This document shows positions 11,298 to 21,363 of a stretch of 64,000 nt of DNA, in pieces. A program made the position numbers and the translations under genes. Source of the DNA: Phyllobates terribilis (lineage: Eukaryota). Under the pieces are notes generated by a model. That model had not been told where the DNA came from, did no database searches, and saw nothing but the letters and a program-made list of their open reading frames with translations. The stretch is from the NCBI RefSeq assembly GCF_046119375.1, contig NW_027362764.1:49910001-49974000 (forward strand). The letters run 5' to 3'. Positions within the stretch are counted from its first letter, which is position 1; every line of letters begins with the position of its first letter.

Positions 11298-13599
11298 GTT
11301 TATTTTTTACGCCGTTCCTCGTGCAGTATAATTGATTAGACGACTTTATTATTTGGGTCGGTGTGATTACAGCGATACCAGATTCATATCGTTTTTTTAT
11401 GATTGACAGCTGTCACACACTAAAAGACGCTTTTTTTGGTAAAGACTAGTTTTTGCATTGCCATATTTTGAGAGCTATAATTTTTCCATATTGTGGCCGA
11501 CAGAGTCATGTAATGGCTTGTTTTTTGCGGGACAAGTTGACGTTTCTATTGGTGCCATTTTCAGGCATGTGACATTTTTTGATCGCTTTCTATTCCGATT
11601 TTTGGGTGGCAGAATAAACAAAAACCAACAATTCTGTAATTTTTTATTTTAATGCTGTTCTGCGTGTGGCAAAATTGATAAGGCAATGTTATTCTTTGGG
11701 TCAGTACGTTTACAGCGGTACCCCATTTATATCCCTTTTTTTATTGCTTTATTCTGAGAGCTATAACTTTTTTATTTTTCGGCTGATGGAGCTGTATGGC
11801 GGCTTGTTTTTTTCAGGACAAGATGACGTTTTCAGTGGTGCCAATTTTATTTGCATTCGTCTTTTTGATCGCGTTTTATTGCATTTTTTGTTTGGCGGTA
11901 TGATGATAAAGCATCGTTTTTTGCTTCGGTTTTTTTTTGTTTGTTTTTTTACCGTGTTTTTTAAAGGGGTTAACCAGTGGGATATTTTTATAGGTTAGGT
12001 TTTTCCGGATGCAGCGATACCACATATGTGTACTTTTATTGTTTTTTTTTTTTTTTCACAATAATATTTATTTTTGGGTACAGTATATTTTTATCTTTTT
12101 GGATTATTTTTCCCATTTTTTTTATTTATTTTTTTTTTTTTCACTTTCTCACACTTTTCTAAGTTTTACACATTCTCCCACTATGGGACTTTCATTTTTT
12201 ACATTCTGATCGCCTGTATAGCACAGGAACGCAGGAGCATCCCTGTGCTATACAGGCAGTCACTGCTGCAGAGGGACCGCTCCCTGCACATGGTACCGGG
12301 TGTCAGCTGTGACAATCAGCTGACACCCTGCGGCGATCGCACAGCACCGCTTATGTGCGGGCGCAATCACCATTTGAAGTAATAGTACGTCATCGGCCCA
12401 ATAGGCCCAGGGCACCATGACGAGTATTACCACAAATGTTAGAAAGGGGTTAAACAGTACCATCAGTGTAATCCATCCATTCTACATGTGAGAGACATTC
12501 ACTAGATTCGTCCAGGTATTAGAGGGGGCAACATTAATAGCCTCCGCACATAGTGAGCGAGCAAATGGTTCTGGCTCCCAAACTAGGCAACCTCATCAAT
12601 GAGACCCTTAGTTTTGCTCCTTTCCTCTGATTATTCGTTCTCAATAGGTCGCACCTATGTTCCTTTACTTTCTGCTAATTTATTGTAGAATTTTTGTTTT
12701 GTCTACAGTTTTTATACTTCAGCAAAGAGATGGTTGTCCTGACCTGAGAATCCCCTCCAAGTTGATGGCTGATACAAAGCAACCTCTTATACAGCGATGG
12801 AGGCGGGGTAGGTAAGTGTATAGGACGGGAGATGGAGGGATTACATCACAGTCAAGGTGCAATATTCAATACCAGCTTTATTACCTAGGTCCTTCAAACT
12901 CAGGTTTAAGTCACATGTGATAGTTGGTATAATCTAGCTTCAATGCTTGAGCTCCACATCTAGGACTTCAGCCAGGGTTGCCAAAAACTGAAAAACGTAT
13001 TGTGGTGTCTGTTTGACCAATGATATAATTCTTTAAGACTACAAATGGGAGTGAGAATGAGACTAAAGACAATTTCCAGAAATTTCAACGGAAAGTTGAA
13101 TTTAAAGAAAACCTTTCAACAAATTTTTCATGTTAAGCTGGACACGGGATAATACATTTTTTTTTTGTTTTTTTTTAATATCTCATCATCGTCGCAGAAA
13201 TTTACCAATCAATTATTTGGCACCTAATGAGTTCACTTTAGTTAAGTCCAAGTGGGTGTTATTAGATAGTCTTCACTGGGGCGTGTACTTCTGCCTTCTT
13301 TATGATACTGACCAATCATAAGAAGGCAGCAACATAGAAATGCACAAGAACCTGTGATGAGATCATCAGATTCACATGACCTTTGTCCACATGCAGGGCC
13401 GGCTCCAGGTTTTTGTGGGCCCCGGGCGAAAGAGTCTCTGTGGGCCCCTTTAACACATACCACGCTTCATGATGCACAGATACAGCAGAGAAATATATAT
13501 ATATATAGTACAATGCAAAGATTTCACTTCTTACATTACATGAGTGATATCTATTGTAAATTCCACAATAGCTCAGAAACCGGTGAATCGCTCCATACA

Positions 13600-14350
13600 G
13601 AATAATAGCCCTCATAAAATGCTCCATACAGGATACTGGCCCCCATATTACGATCTGTACAGGATACTGGCCCCCTTATAATGCTCCATACAGAATACTG
13701 GCCCCCAAATAATGCTCCATGCAGGATACTGACCTCCATATTACGCTCTGTACAGAACACTGGCCCCCTTATAATGCTCCACACAGAATACTGAGCCCCA
13801 AATAATTCTCCATGCAGAATACTGACCTCCATGTTACGCTCTGTACAGGATACTGGCTCCCTTATAATGCTCCATACAGAATACTGACCCCCAAATAATT
13901 CTCCATGCAGAATACTGGCCTCCATATTACGCTCTGTACAGGATACTGGCTCCCTTATAATGCTCCATACAGAATACTGTCCCAAAAATAATGCCCCATG
14001 TAGGATACTGGCCCCCATATTACTCTCTGTACAGGATACTGGCCCCCTTATAATTCTCCATACAGAATACTGGCCCCAAAATAATGCTCCATGCAGAATA
14101 CTGGCCCCCATATTATGCTCTGTACAGGATACTGGCCCCCTTTTAATGCTCCATATAGAATACTGGCCCCCAAATAATGCTCAATGAAGGATACTGACCC
14201 CCATATTGCGCTCTGTACAAAATACTGGCCCCCTTATAATGCTCCATACAGAATACTGGCCCCCAAATAATTCTCCATGCAGGATACTGGCCCCCATATT
14301 AAGCTCTGCACAGGATACTGGCCCCCTTATAATGCCCCATACAGAATACT
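13600..14350. repeat. Minisatellite, ~93-bp unit made of three ~31-bp subrepeats
   Basis: TAATGCTCCATACAGAATACTGGCCCCC-like subunits; 31-aa periodicity in the spurious ORFs. Confidence 0.9.
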
Positions 14351-15335
14351 GGCCCCAAAATAATGCCCCATGCAGGCTGTTCCCCCCACATAATGCCCCA
14401 TGCAGTCTGTTCCCCCACATAATGCCCCATGCAGGCTGTTCCCCCCACATAATGCCCCATGCAGGCTGTTCCCCCCCACATAATGCCCCATGCAGGATGT
14501 CACCTCTCCCTTCCCTTATAATGCCCCATGCAGGATGTCACCCCCTTATAATGCCCCATGCAAGATGTCACCCCCCTTATAATGCCCCATGCAGGATGTC
14601 ACCCCCACATAATGCCCCATGCAGGATGTCACCACCTTATAATGCCCCATGCAGTATGTCACCCCCCTTATAATGCACCATGCAGGATGTCACCCCCACA
14701 TAATGCCCCATGCAGGATGTCACCCCCTTATAATGCCCCATGCAGGATGTCACCCCCACATAATGCCCCATGCAGGATGTCACCCCCCTTATAATGCCCC
14801 ATGCAGGATGTAACCCCCCCTTATAATGCCCCATGTAGGCTGTTCCCCCCCACATAATGTCCGAGCAGGATGTCACCCCCCTTATAATTCCCCATGCAGG
14901 ATGTCACCCCCCCTTATAATGCCCCATGCAGGATGTTGCCCCTCATATAATGCCCCATGCAGGATGTCACCCCTCATATAATGCCCCATGCAGGATGTCA
15001 CCCCCTCTTTTAATGCCCCATGCAGGATGTCACCTCCCCCCCCATATAATGCCCCATGCAGGATGTCACCTCTCCCCCCTCATATAATGCCTCATGCAGG
15101 ATGTCACCTCTCCCCCCCATATAATGCCCCATGCAGGATGTCACCCCCTCTTATAATGCCCCATGCAGGATGTCACCCCCCCATATAATGCCCCATGCAG
15201 GATTTCACCTCTCCCCCCCATATAATGCTCCATGCAGGATGTCACCCCCTCTTATAATGCCCCATGCAGGATGTCACCCCCCCTTATAATGCCCCATGCA
15301 GGATGTCATCTCTCCCCCCTTTATAATGCCCCACA
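14351..15335. repeat. Minisatellite, ~30-33-bp unit TAATGCCCCATGCAGGATGTCACCCCCC(TTA)
   Basis: About 30 tandem copies visible. Confidence 0.92.
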
Positions 15336-15909
15336 CCTCCATATATTAAAAAACAAAAAATCAAATACTCACCTCACTTCTCACCTGCTGCCGCTGCTCC
15401 GGACTCCTCCCCGTCGCCGTCATCTTCCCGCTCTGCGCTGTGACGGCTCAGGAGAGGGCGCGGTGTAAAGATGTCACCGCACCCTCAGACCTGAGACGTC
15501 ACAGTGCAGCAGCCGCGGAAGAGACCGGAGCTGCTGCGGAGGCACGAGGAGAGGTAAGTATTGTGCCGGCTGCTGGGGCCCTGAGCAAGCGGGGCGAGCG
15601 GGCGCTGGCACAGCACCGCTCATGGGTCCCATAGCGCGCAGGGGTTCCCAACAGTGAGTGGGCCTCTCCTCCTGCTCAGGGCCCCGGCACTTGCCCGGGT
15701 GCTGACGCCGGCCCTTTCCACATGCCCGGCCAATCAGATTGTGCAGCTTAAATAATCATTAACTCCAGTTAATATTTCCAGGACTTCAATGCTGTGTAAT
15801 TTATCTTTAGTGCTTATTTAGGCTGCACACTCTAGCTGGCAGGGCATGTGCACAAAGGTCATGTGGCCCTGATGACATCATCACATTTACTTCTGAATCT
15901 CCATGCTGG

Positions 15910-17186
15910 TGTGGCGCCCCTTCGGGTTCAGTCGCCACAGAGGTACTGCATCTCACCCAGAGGTGTGGTACCCCACTCTCAGGTAAGGATAGAGTACTGC
16001 CCGGGACCCACCCACCTGCATCCAACACTGCACCATTCCAGACCAGCAGGCAGGGCAAGATGCACGTGCACAGTGCTGAGCCCTGTCCCTTGTTGGGGGG
16101 GAACCTAGAGAGGGGGAACCATGTAGTGGGTGTGGGTGGAGGAAGCAGTTAAGGGGAGCACCGTCAGTAGAGGTATAAGAAGGGGAACCATCTTGTAGGA
16201 GACAGTTCAGTCTGAGGAGAGAGGCAGAAGAGAGAGAGAGTGTTGGGAGCACGTCTGCTCAGGAGGAGAGGAGGAAGGAGCGGGCCTAGACTGAGAGGCC
16301 CAGGACAGACTGAGAGGAGAGGACGGGAGCAGAGGGAAGGCTCCAGAGAGACAGAGGGGATCCCAGGGGCACGGGAAGTGCAGGAAGCCACCCATGCGCC
16401 CGAATCTACATGGACGTGGAGGGATCAGGCCGCAGAGGGGACCGGCCCCTAACTAGTGGAGAACAACCAGGCTCAGCTAGAAACCAGAGGCTACTGTACT
16501 TTCAGGGTGCAGCTGCTCACTACCGCAATTATATCGCCGAAAAGGTGACCGCATAGGGTCCAGGGGATTGCACGTCGCCCGTCAAGATCCGAGGTTACCG
16601 GCTTGGGACACTGATTGTGAGGCGCAGGGCAGGTGGGTGAGAGCCAGCGCAGGAAGACGACCGAGGAAGGCACATAGAACGGGGTCCCATTAAGTGCTCC
16701 TGAAATACCTGAGAGATTGCTGAACACCTTCCTTGGTAAACACAGGACGGCGTGGGAGGTTACACTGGCGCTGGCAACCTGGAGTCTGAACAACTGTGAG
16801 TAAACCTTGAAGACAGCACCCCACTGTGTCCTAGAATTATTGCTGCGCCATCACCAGCCCTGCACTACACCGCACCAACAACATCCACCTCATAACAGCA
16901 CCATATCACCATATCCTTCCCTGGAGCTAAGCTCTGCCTGTGGAGAGCTGACCCAACTCTGCTGCGTCACCATCAGCTCCAGAGGATCTACACTGCAGCG
17001 GCGGCTCCCATATAGCCGCATACCAGAGGTGGCGTCACGAACATTATCTATAAAAACTTTAATCCCCTTTTACTTTTCCCTTTTTATTGACTGCCCTGGA
17101 TCACAGACCGGGTCACTGCCACGGTGACATCCCCCAGCATCGACCGGCCCGGCTACCGAGTACCCCACGGCCCAGGGGGCGCGTCA
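15910..17186 (+). mobile_element. Solo LTR (TGTGGCGCCCC...GGGGGCGCGTCA), Gypsy-type family shared with 28891 and 30175
   Basis: 5' ~480 bp and 3' end match the LTRs at 28891 and 30175-31243; TATA-like GGTATAAGAA near 16172; no matching TSD. Confidence 0.85.
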
Positions 17187-18903
17187 TAAACACAGCATGG
17201 ACAGAAAGTGGAGCACACGAAACGTATAGGTCTAGAGAATCCCAAGACACAGGTGTGTCTCAATCAGCCTTAAATAGGTTTAAGGAGATGTTGTCATTGA
17301 TCCACACCAAGCAACCTGCAAACCTCGACGTGGCAAACAACAGAGGGCAGAAGAAGGGAGTGAAGCCCAGGATACCCGGGACAGGAGTGTAACATGCAGG
17401 CGCAAACGTTGCAAACGGCAGCCGATGAACTGAATGGTGGTGTGATTCTCTTCCAAAGATGGACACTATCTTGGTATTCAGGGCTAGACTCCCCCATTCC
17501 TTTACTCCATAATGCTTTCACTCCCTGGTGAGTTGTATAATCCAGCATTATACAAGGTCCTCATTCATTTAACATAGGAGTAGCATCACAGAGATCTGCA
17601 TCTCTGTTTCATCCACTAGCATAATGGCAACCAATACTGCACCTCCTTCCTTGGATATGTGCTGGAAATTAGGTCCCATGGATTCAGGCTTCTTGTAACA
17701 GCATCTACATCTAATGACTGAACTTCTCTGCAGCATTCCTGAACTGTAGTCTATTTATTAACTAAACTATACCCACTTACTAGAACTTTTTAGTAAGGAT
17801 GTGCATTTCCTCATGGAGAAGGCATTTCCAGCCGAGGTAAATACTAAATACAATATTTAGAATAGCTTGGATTAACCATTTAGGGCAAATAAGGACTCAT
17901 TTAGGGACTGATTAATACCTATTTTAAAGTTAATCCTATATTATGGTAATTCTGGTGCCATTGGTGAGGCAAATCCTGGACTGACGTCATTTTGTGGTTC
18001 AGATTCGTCATAGGAACAGTCAAAATGAAAGCAGTGTTTGCTCAGAAATGAAGGACACAGGTGTGTAATGCTTTCTCTACTATGAAACTGCAGAAAAAAA
18101 ATGCTAATATTCATTCTTGTTTCTTCTATAATGTAGAAGTATTTACAATATTGTTATCCCAGAGATCAATTCATGAACTGTCCATGAAATGAAAGGTTGT
18201 ACGTAAAGGCTGTAAGATAAATGAAGGGTATTACACTCTGCAATGTGAAAATGCTGCTTTCAATGGGCCGCTAACTTTTACAAACCAGATTCATTACAAG
18301 ATACAGGTTTGTTCGTAACTGATGAAATCTGAAGGCATTTGCCATCTTCTGTGGTCGTGAATTTCATTCTGCCTATTGTATATCTGAAAAGCTGTGTGGC
18401 TACAAATGTCACCACCATTACGGTCCTTGCACAATCTGACCCATTCTTTTCCCAGGCTACTGTACTCCTTATGTCATTTAGGACCTAAGAAGAAATGAAG
18501 TGATTACCGCAGTGAGATGTGTCTGCGCTCATAATAAATGAAGAAGAAAATGAAGCACTTTAACGGTGGCCGCTAAACAATGTACGGAGCTGTGGTTATC
18601 TGCCCGCCCCTGCTGATCTTAGATTGATAACCTCTCCTATGGATAGGTCATCATCATCAACAGGGGTGGATTAAGAGTAGCAAGGCCCCCCCACACACAC
18701 ACACACACCTGATGTATCACATGACTTCTCACATGATCCCCCTTTGATAGATCATGTGATAGTTCATGTGAAATTAATTCTGCACAATATTAATATATTA
18801 ATGATAATTTTTTTTTTTATATTAATTGTATGACTTAATATTGAGCACAATTAAGTATGCTGACACCCCCCTATGTATGTAGGGTCTCATACTGTATAAT
18901 ATG

Positions 18904-19928
18904 TGTGTCACCCTACCTGGATGCCACAAGTGTAATTAAAGCTGTGTCTGAGAGCAAGGGGGAGGTTCTCTGGTCAGGGGAACATTAGCATGCAATGCCT
19001 CCTGTCTCAGGCCAGTAGGGGGAGCAGGCTGCCCCTATAAAAGCTGGAACTGGGGACAGGGTTAGGGAGAACTGGATTGCCTGTCTCAGCTTTGAGATGT
19101 GTCCCAGAGCAGAGCAGGGACAGAAAGTTGATTGCACCTAAGAGGAAGTGAGAGAGCCACCAGCCAGAGACAAGAGGCGAAGCAAGCCTGTCTTGGCAGA
19201 GAAAAGACTTAATTTTACCAGACTTTGGTGTCTGAGGCTGGAAGGATTCCACATCCCCCAGCAGAGAATCAGTTCGCAAGGGACTGTACTTTCCTTGGCC
19301 TAAGAAGCCTGAAGGCCCTGCCACAACCGAAGGGACCAGTAAAGCCGTACCAGGCTGGGAGCAGAAAGGAACCCACGTCGCAGGCCATACAGGCGAGAAA
19401 GCACGGAAAGCTCGGAAACGTGGGCTGTTACTCTATAAGGAGGAGATAGCCAGAAGGAGCGCAGAAAGCACGGTAGGCCTACACCCTCACCCTGACCAGG
19501 GCCAATTTCCCCGTTGCTCTCAGACATCCAGGTCCCCTCCTAGCTGGGACTGTTTGTGGGTCAGTTTTCCGTTTAGTAAAGACCCTGAACTGCAACCTGT
19601 TGTCTGTGTGCTCCTTGCTCCTCCAGCACTATCAGCACTGGGACTCTCACTACCATCACTCCCACCATCCACTATACTGCCCTGGGGCCGCACTCTTCCC
19701 GTGGGGAGTCACATCACCTCAGCTGCACCCATCATCAGCCCCAGCGGACTGCCTTGCAGCGGCGGTTCCTAATAACCGCAAATCCACGGGTGGCGTAGTC
19801 GGACATAATCAATATAACGGACTACCACTGGCCTGACCACCCTGAGCCACGGAACCGGGTTGCCACTACTACTCCCATCATTCCCTATTGCCCGGATCCG
19901 AGTGCCCCACGGCCCAGGGGGCGAGTCA
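18904..19928 (+). repeat. 5' LTR (1025 bp)
   Basis: TGTGTCACCC...GGGGGCGAGTCA; TATAAAA at 19036-19042; roughly 98% identical to the 3' LTR by eye. Confidence 0.95.
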
Positions 19929-19932
19929 GCTT

Positions 19933-19950
19933 TGGCGTAGTCGGCAGGAT
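19933..19950 (+). promoter_or_regulatory. Primer-binding site complementary to the tRNA-Ser (AGA/TGA) 3' end
   Basis: TGGCGTAGTCGGCAGGAT is the reverse complement of ATCCTGCCGACTACG-CCA, the recalled vertebrate tRNA-Ser 3' end; 4 nt from the LTR. Confidence 0.9.
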
Positions 19951-20356
19951 TTCGTGCCCGCAACCACCGGGTACTGCGTGCCTGAAAAAGACTGTTGTAA
20001 ACTTACCAGTGGCGAAGTTTCCCGCCGTCCGGAGTCTTTTCCCGCCATCCGGAGCCGATTCCCGCCATTAGACGCCATCTTGGACCGTTTCCCGCCGTCT
20101 TCTGCCGTCTTCCCGCCATCGGACGCCATCTTCAGGACGCCGCGCGGGAAGAAGAGGGGCGTGGACGTCAAAACCGCGCGAGATCCGAAGCTCCGCCCCA
20201 CGCACCGACGCTGCGCAAGGTCCTGGAAGGGAGAGAGAGCGACGCTGACGTCATCGGAGTGCGACGCCAGGTCCTCGTCCAGAGCAGCAGCGGAGCCGCA
20301 GCCTACAGAAGAGGATCGTCGGAAGGTAGGCCACGCTTCACTAGGGGGGGAGGAAG

Positions 20357-21349
20357 ATGTCGGACACAGAGGCGCCCACTACCACCAACGCAGCTGCAGC
20401 AGCGGTGATGCCCTTTTCCTTGCCCTACATCCCTGGAGCGGCCTGGCTGCCCAAATACTCAGGGGAGCCCCATGCCCTAACTGACTTCAAGGAAAGACTG
20501 TATAGTTTGTTCCAAGTTTACCCCCTGACAGAGGAACAGAAGGTCAGCATATTGACAGGGCAGTTAACTGGCGCAGCCCAAAGGGAGGTAAAATCATGGC
20601 CCATTGAGGAGAAAGGGACTGTGAAGGGTATTCTAGCCCGGCTGCGGGGTACCTTTGATACACGTACCTCCGCTGAGATTAAAATGAGGTTCTACGGATG
20701 TAAGCAGCGGGCACAGGACAGCATCAGAGACTATGCCTTAAATTTACAGGAAGCCTTGAGGGCTATTCAACAAACTGACGCTGGCAGTGTGCAGGAAACC
20801 GATAAGCTGCTAACAGAACAATTCATAGAGGGTCTGCTGTCCAGCGCCCACAGGGCCCAGCTACGCCTCATGTTCTTCCAGAACCCCGACCTGACCTTTG
20901 CCCAATTTAAGGACAGGGCCATAAGGGTGCTCCGTGAATCTGCAACCAGTGGCGCTATAAACCCCCGGCGCCCTGCTATCACTTACCACCAGGAGGCGGC
21001 GCCCTCCTCTATGGACTCCGTGGAGGCTGATGCACAGGCCCTGAACCAAGCCCCGTCGAAAGGCCTGCACCACCAAGTCCTGGAGCTGACCAGGAGCGTC
21101 GCGGCGTTGACCAGGACCGTCCAGGCGTTGCAAGTGGACCCGTCAAGACCCATCAAGCTGGCTTCAAGTCCGGAGGATGTCCCGTGGCGTCGACAGAGGA
21201 GGATCCCGTCATTCCGAGGGAGGCCCACAGACCGCTACGCAGAGGATGGACAGCCCATTTGCCGTCGATGCAACCAGCCCGGACACATTTCCAGGTACTG
21301 TAATTTAAACGGGTCCAACCTGGGGCAGAGGGCCGACCCCCAGGCATAA
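20357..21349 (+). CDS. gag: Gag (Ty3/PNMA-like capsid plus CCHC zinc knuckle), 330 aa
   Basis: Intact ORF; Q...ESIRDYALNLQE-type motif, LLTEQFIEGL, and CRRCNQPGHISRYC. Confidence 0.92.
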   Translation: MSDTEAPTTTNAAAAAVMPFSLPYIPGAAWLPKYSGEPHALTDFKERLYSLFQVYPLTEEQKVSILTGQLTGAAQREVKSWPIEEKGTVKGILARLRGTFDTRTSAEIKMRFYGCKQRAQDSIRDYALNLQEALRAIQQTDAGSVQETDKLLTEQFIEGLLSSAHRAQLRLMFFQNPDLTFAQFKDRAIRVLRESATSGAINPRRPAITYHQEAAPSSMDSVEADAQALNQAPSKGLHHQVLELTRSVAALTRTVQALQVDPSRPIKLASSPEDVPWRRQRRIPSFRGRPTDRYAEDGQPICRRCNQPGHISRYCNLNGSNLGQRADPQA

Positions 21350-21363
21350 GATCACCAGGCCCT
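21304..21363 (+). promoter_or_regulatory. -1 ribosomal frameshift signal (slippery heptamer plus predicted pseudoknot)
   Basis: T TTA AAC at 21304-21310 in the gag frame; the pol frame (-1) opens at 21304; stem CCTGGGG/CCCCAGG, with loop AGGGCC complementary to downstream GGCCCT. Confidence 0.75.

Larger units (their letters stand above)
8244..12449. mobile_element. Non-autonomous piggyBac-type element (~4.2 kb) with nested insertions and ~400-bp internal direct repeats
   Basis: TTAA at 8240-8243 and 12450-12453; termini CCCCTTT...AAAGGGG; AAGTGACACCATT(C/T)T repeated near 9620, 10020 and 10413; no transposase ORF. Confidence 0.75.
13394..15716. mobile_element. Non-autonomous hAT element carrying internal minisatellites
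   Basis: Termini CAGGGCCGGC...GCCGGCCCTT; perfect 8-bp TSD TCCACATG (13386-13393, 15717-15724); CpG-rich subterminal region 15370-15715. Confidence 0.85.
13340..15900. mobile_element. Older palindromic MITE-like element split by a hAT insertion (arms ~13340-13393 and 15717-15900)
   Basis: With 13394-15716 removed, ATCATCAGATTCACATGACCTTTGTCCACATGCCC...GTGCAGCTTAAATA is the inverted repeat of TATTTAGGCTGCACAC...GGGCATGTGCACAAAGGTCATGTGGCCCTGATGA. Confidence 0.55.

Noticed and set aside
13035-13135. Peptide KFQRKVEFKENLSTNFS faintly like an Ig-V strand
   Set aside because: Short, weak splice sites, no flanking Cys/Trp Ig motifs.
13551-15468. Repetitive ORFs (MPHAGCH..., ILHGALFGGQY...), also 26954-27694 and 55731-57022
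   Set aside because: By-products of minisatellites, open in several frames on both strands.
17187-17560. ORFs 17087-17548 as internal retroelement sequence following the LTR
   Set aside because: No PBS after the LTR and no gag/pol motifs; probably an unrelated decayed repeat.
19933-19954. tRNA-Ser gene
   Set aside because: Only the ~18-nt complement of the tRNA 3' end including CCA is present; it is the retroelement PBS.
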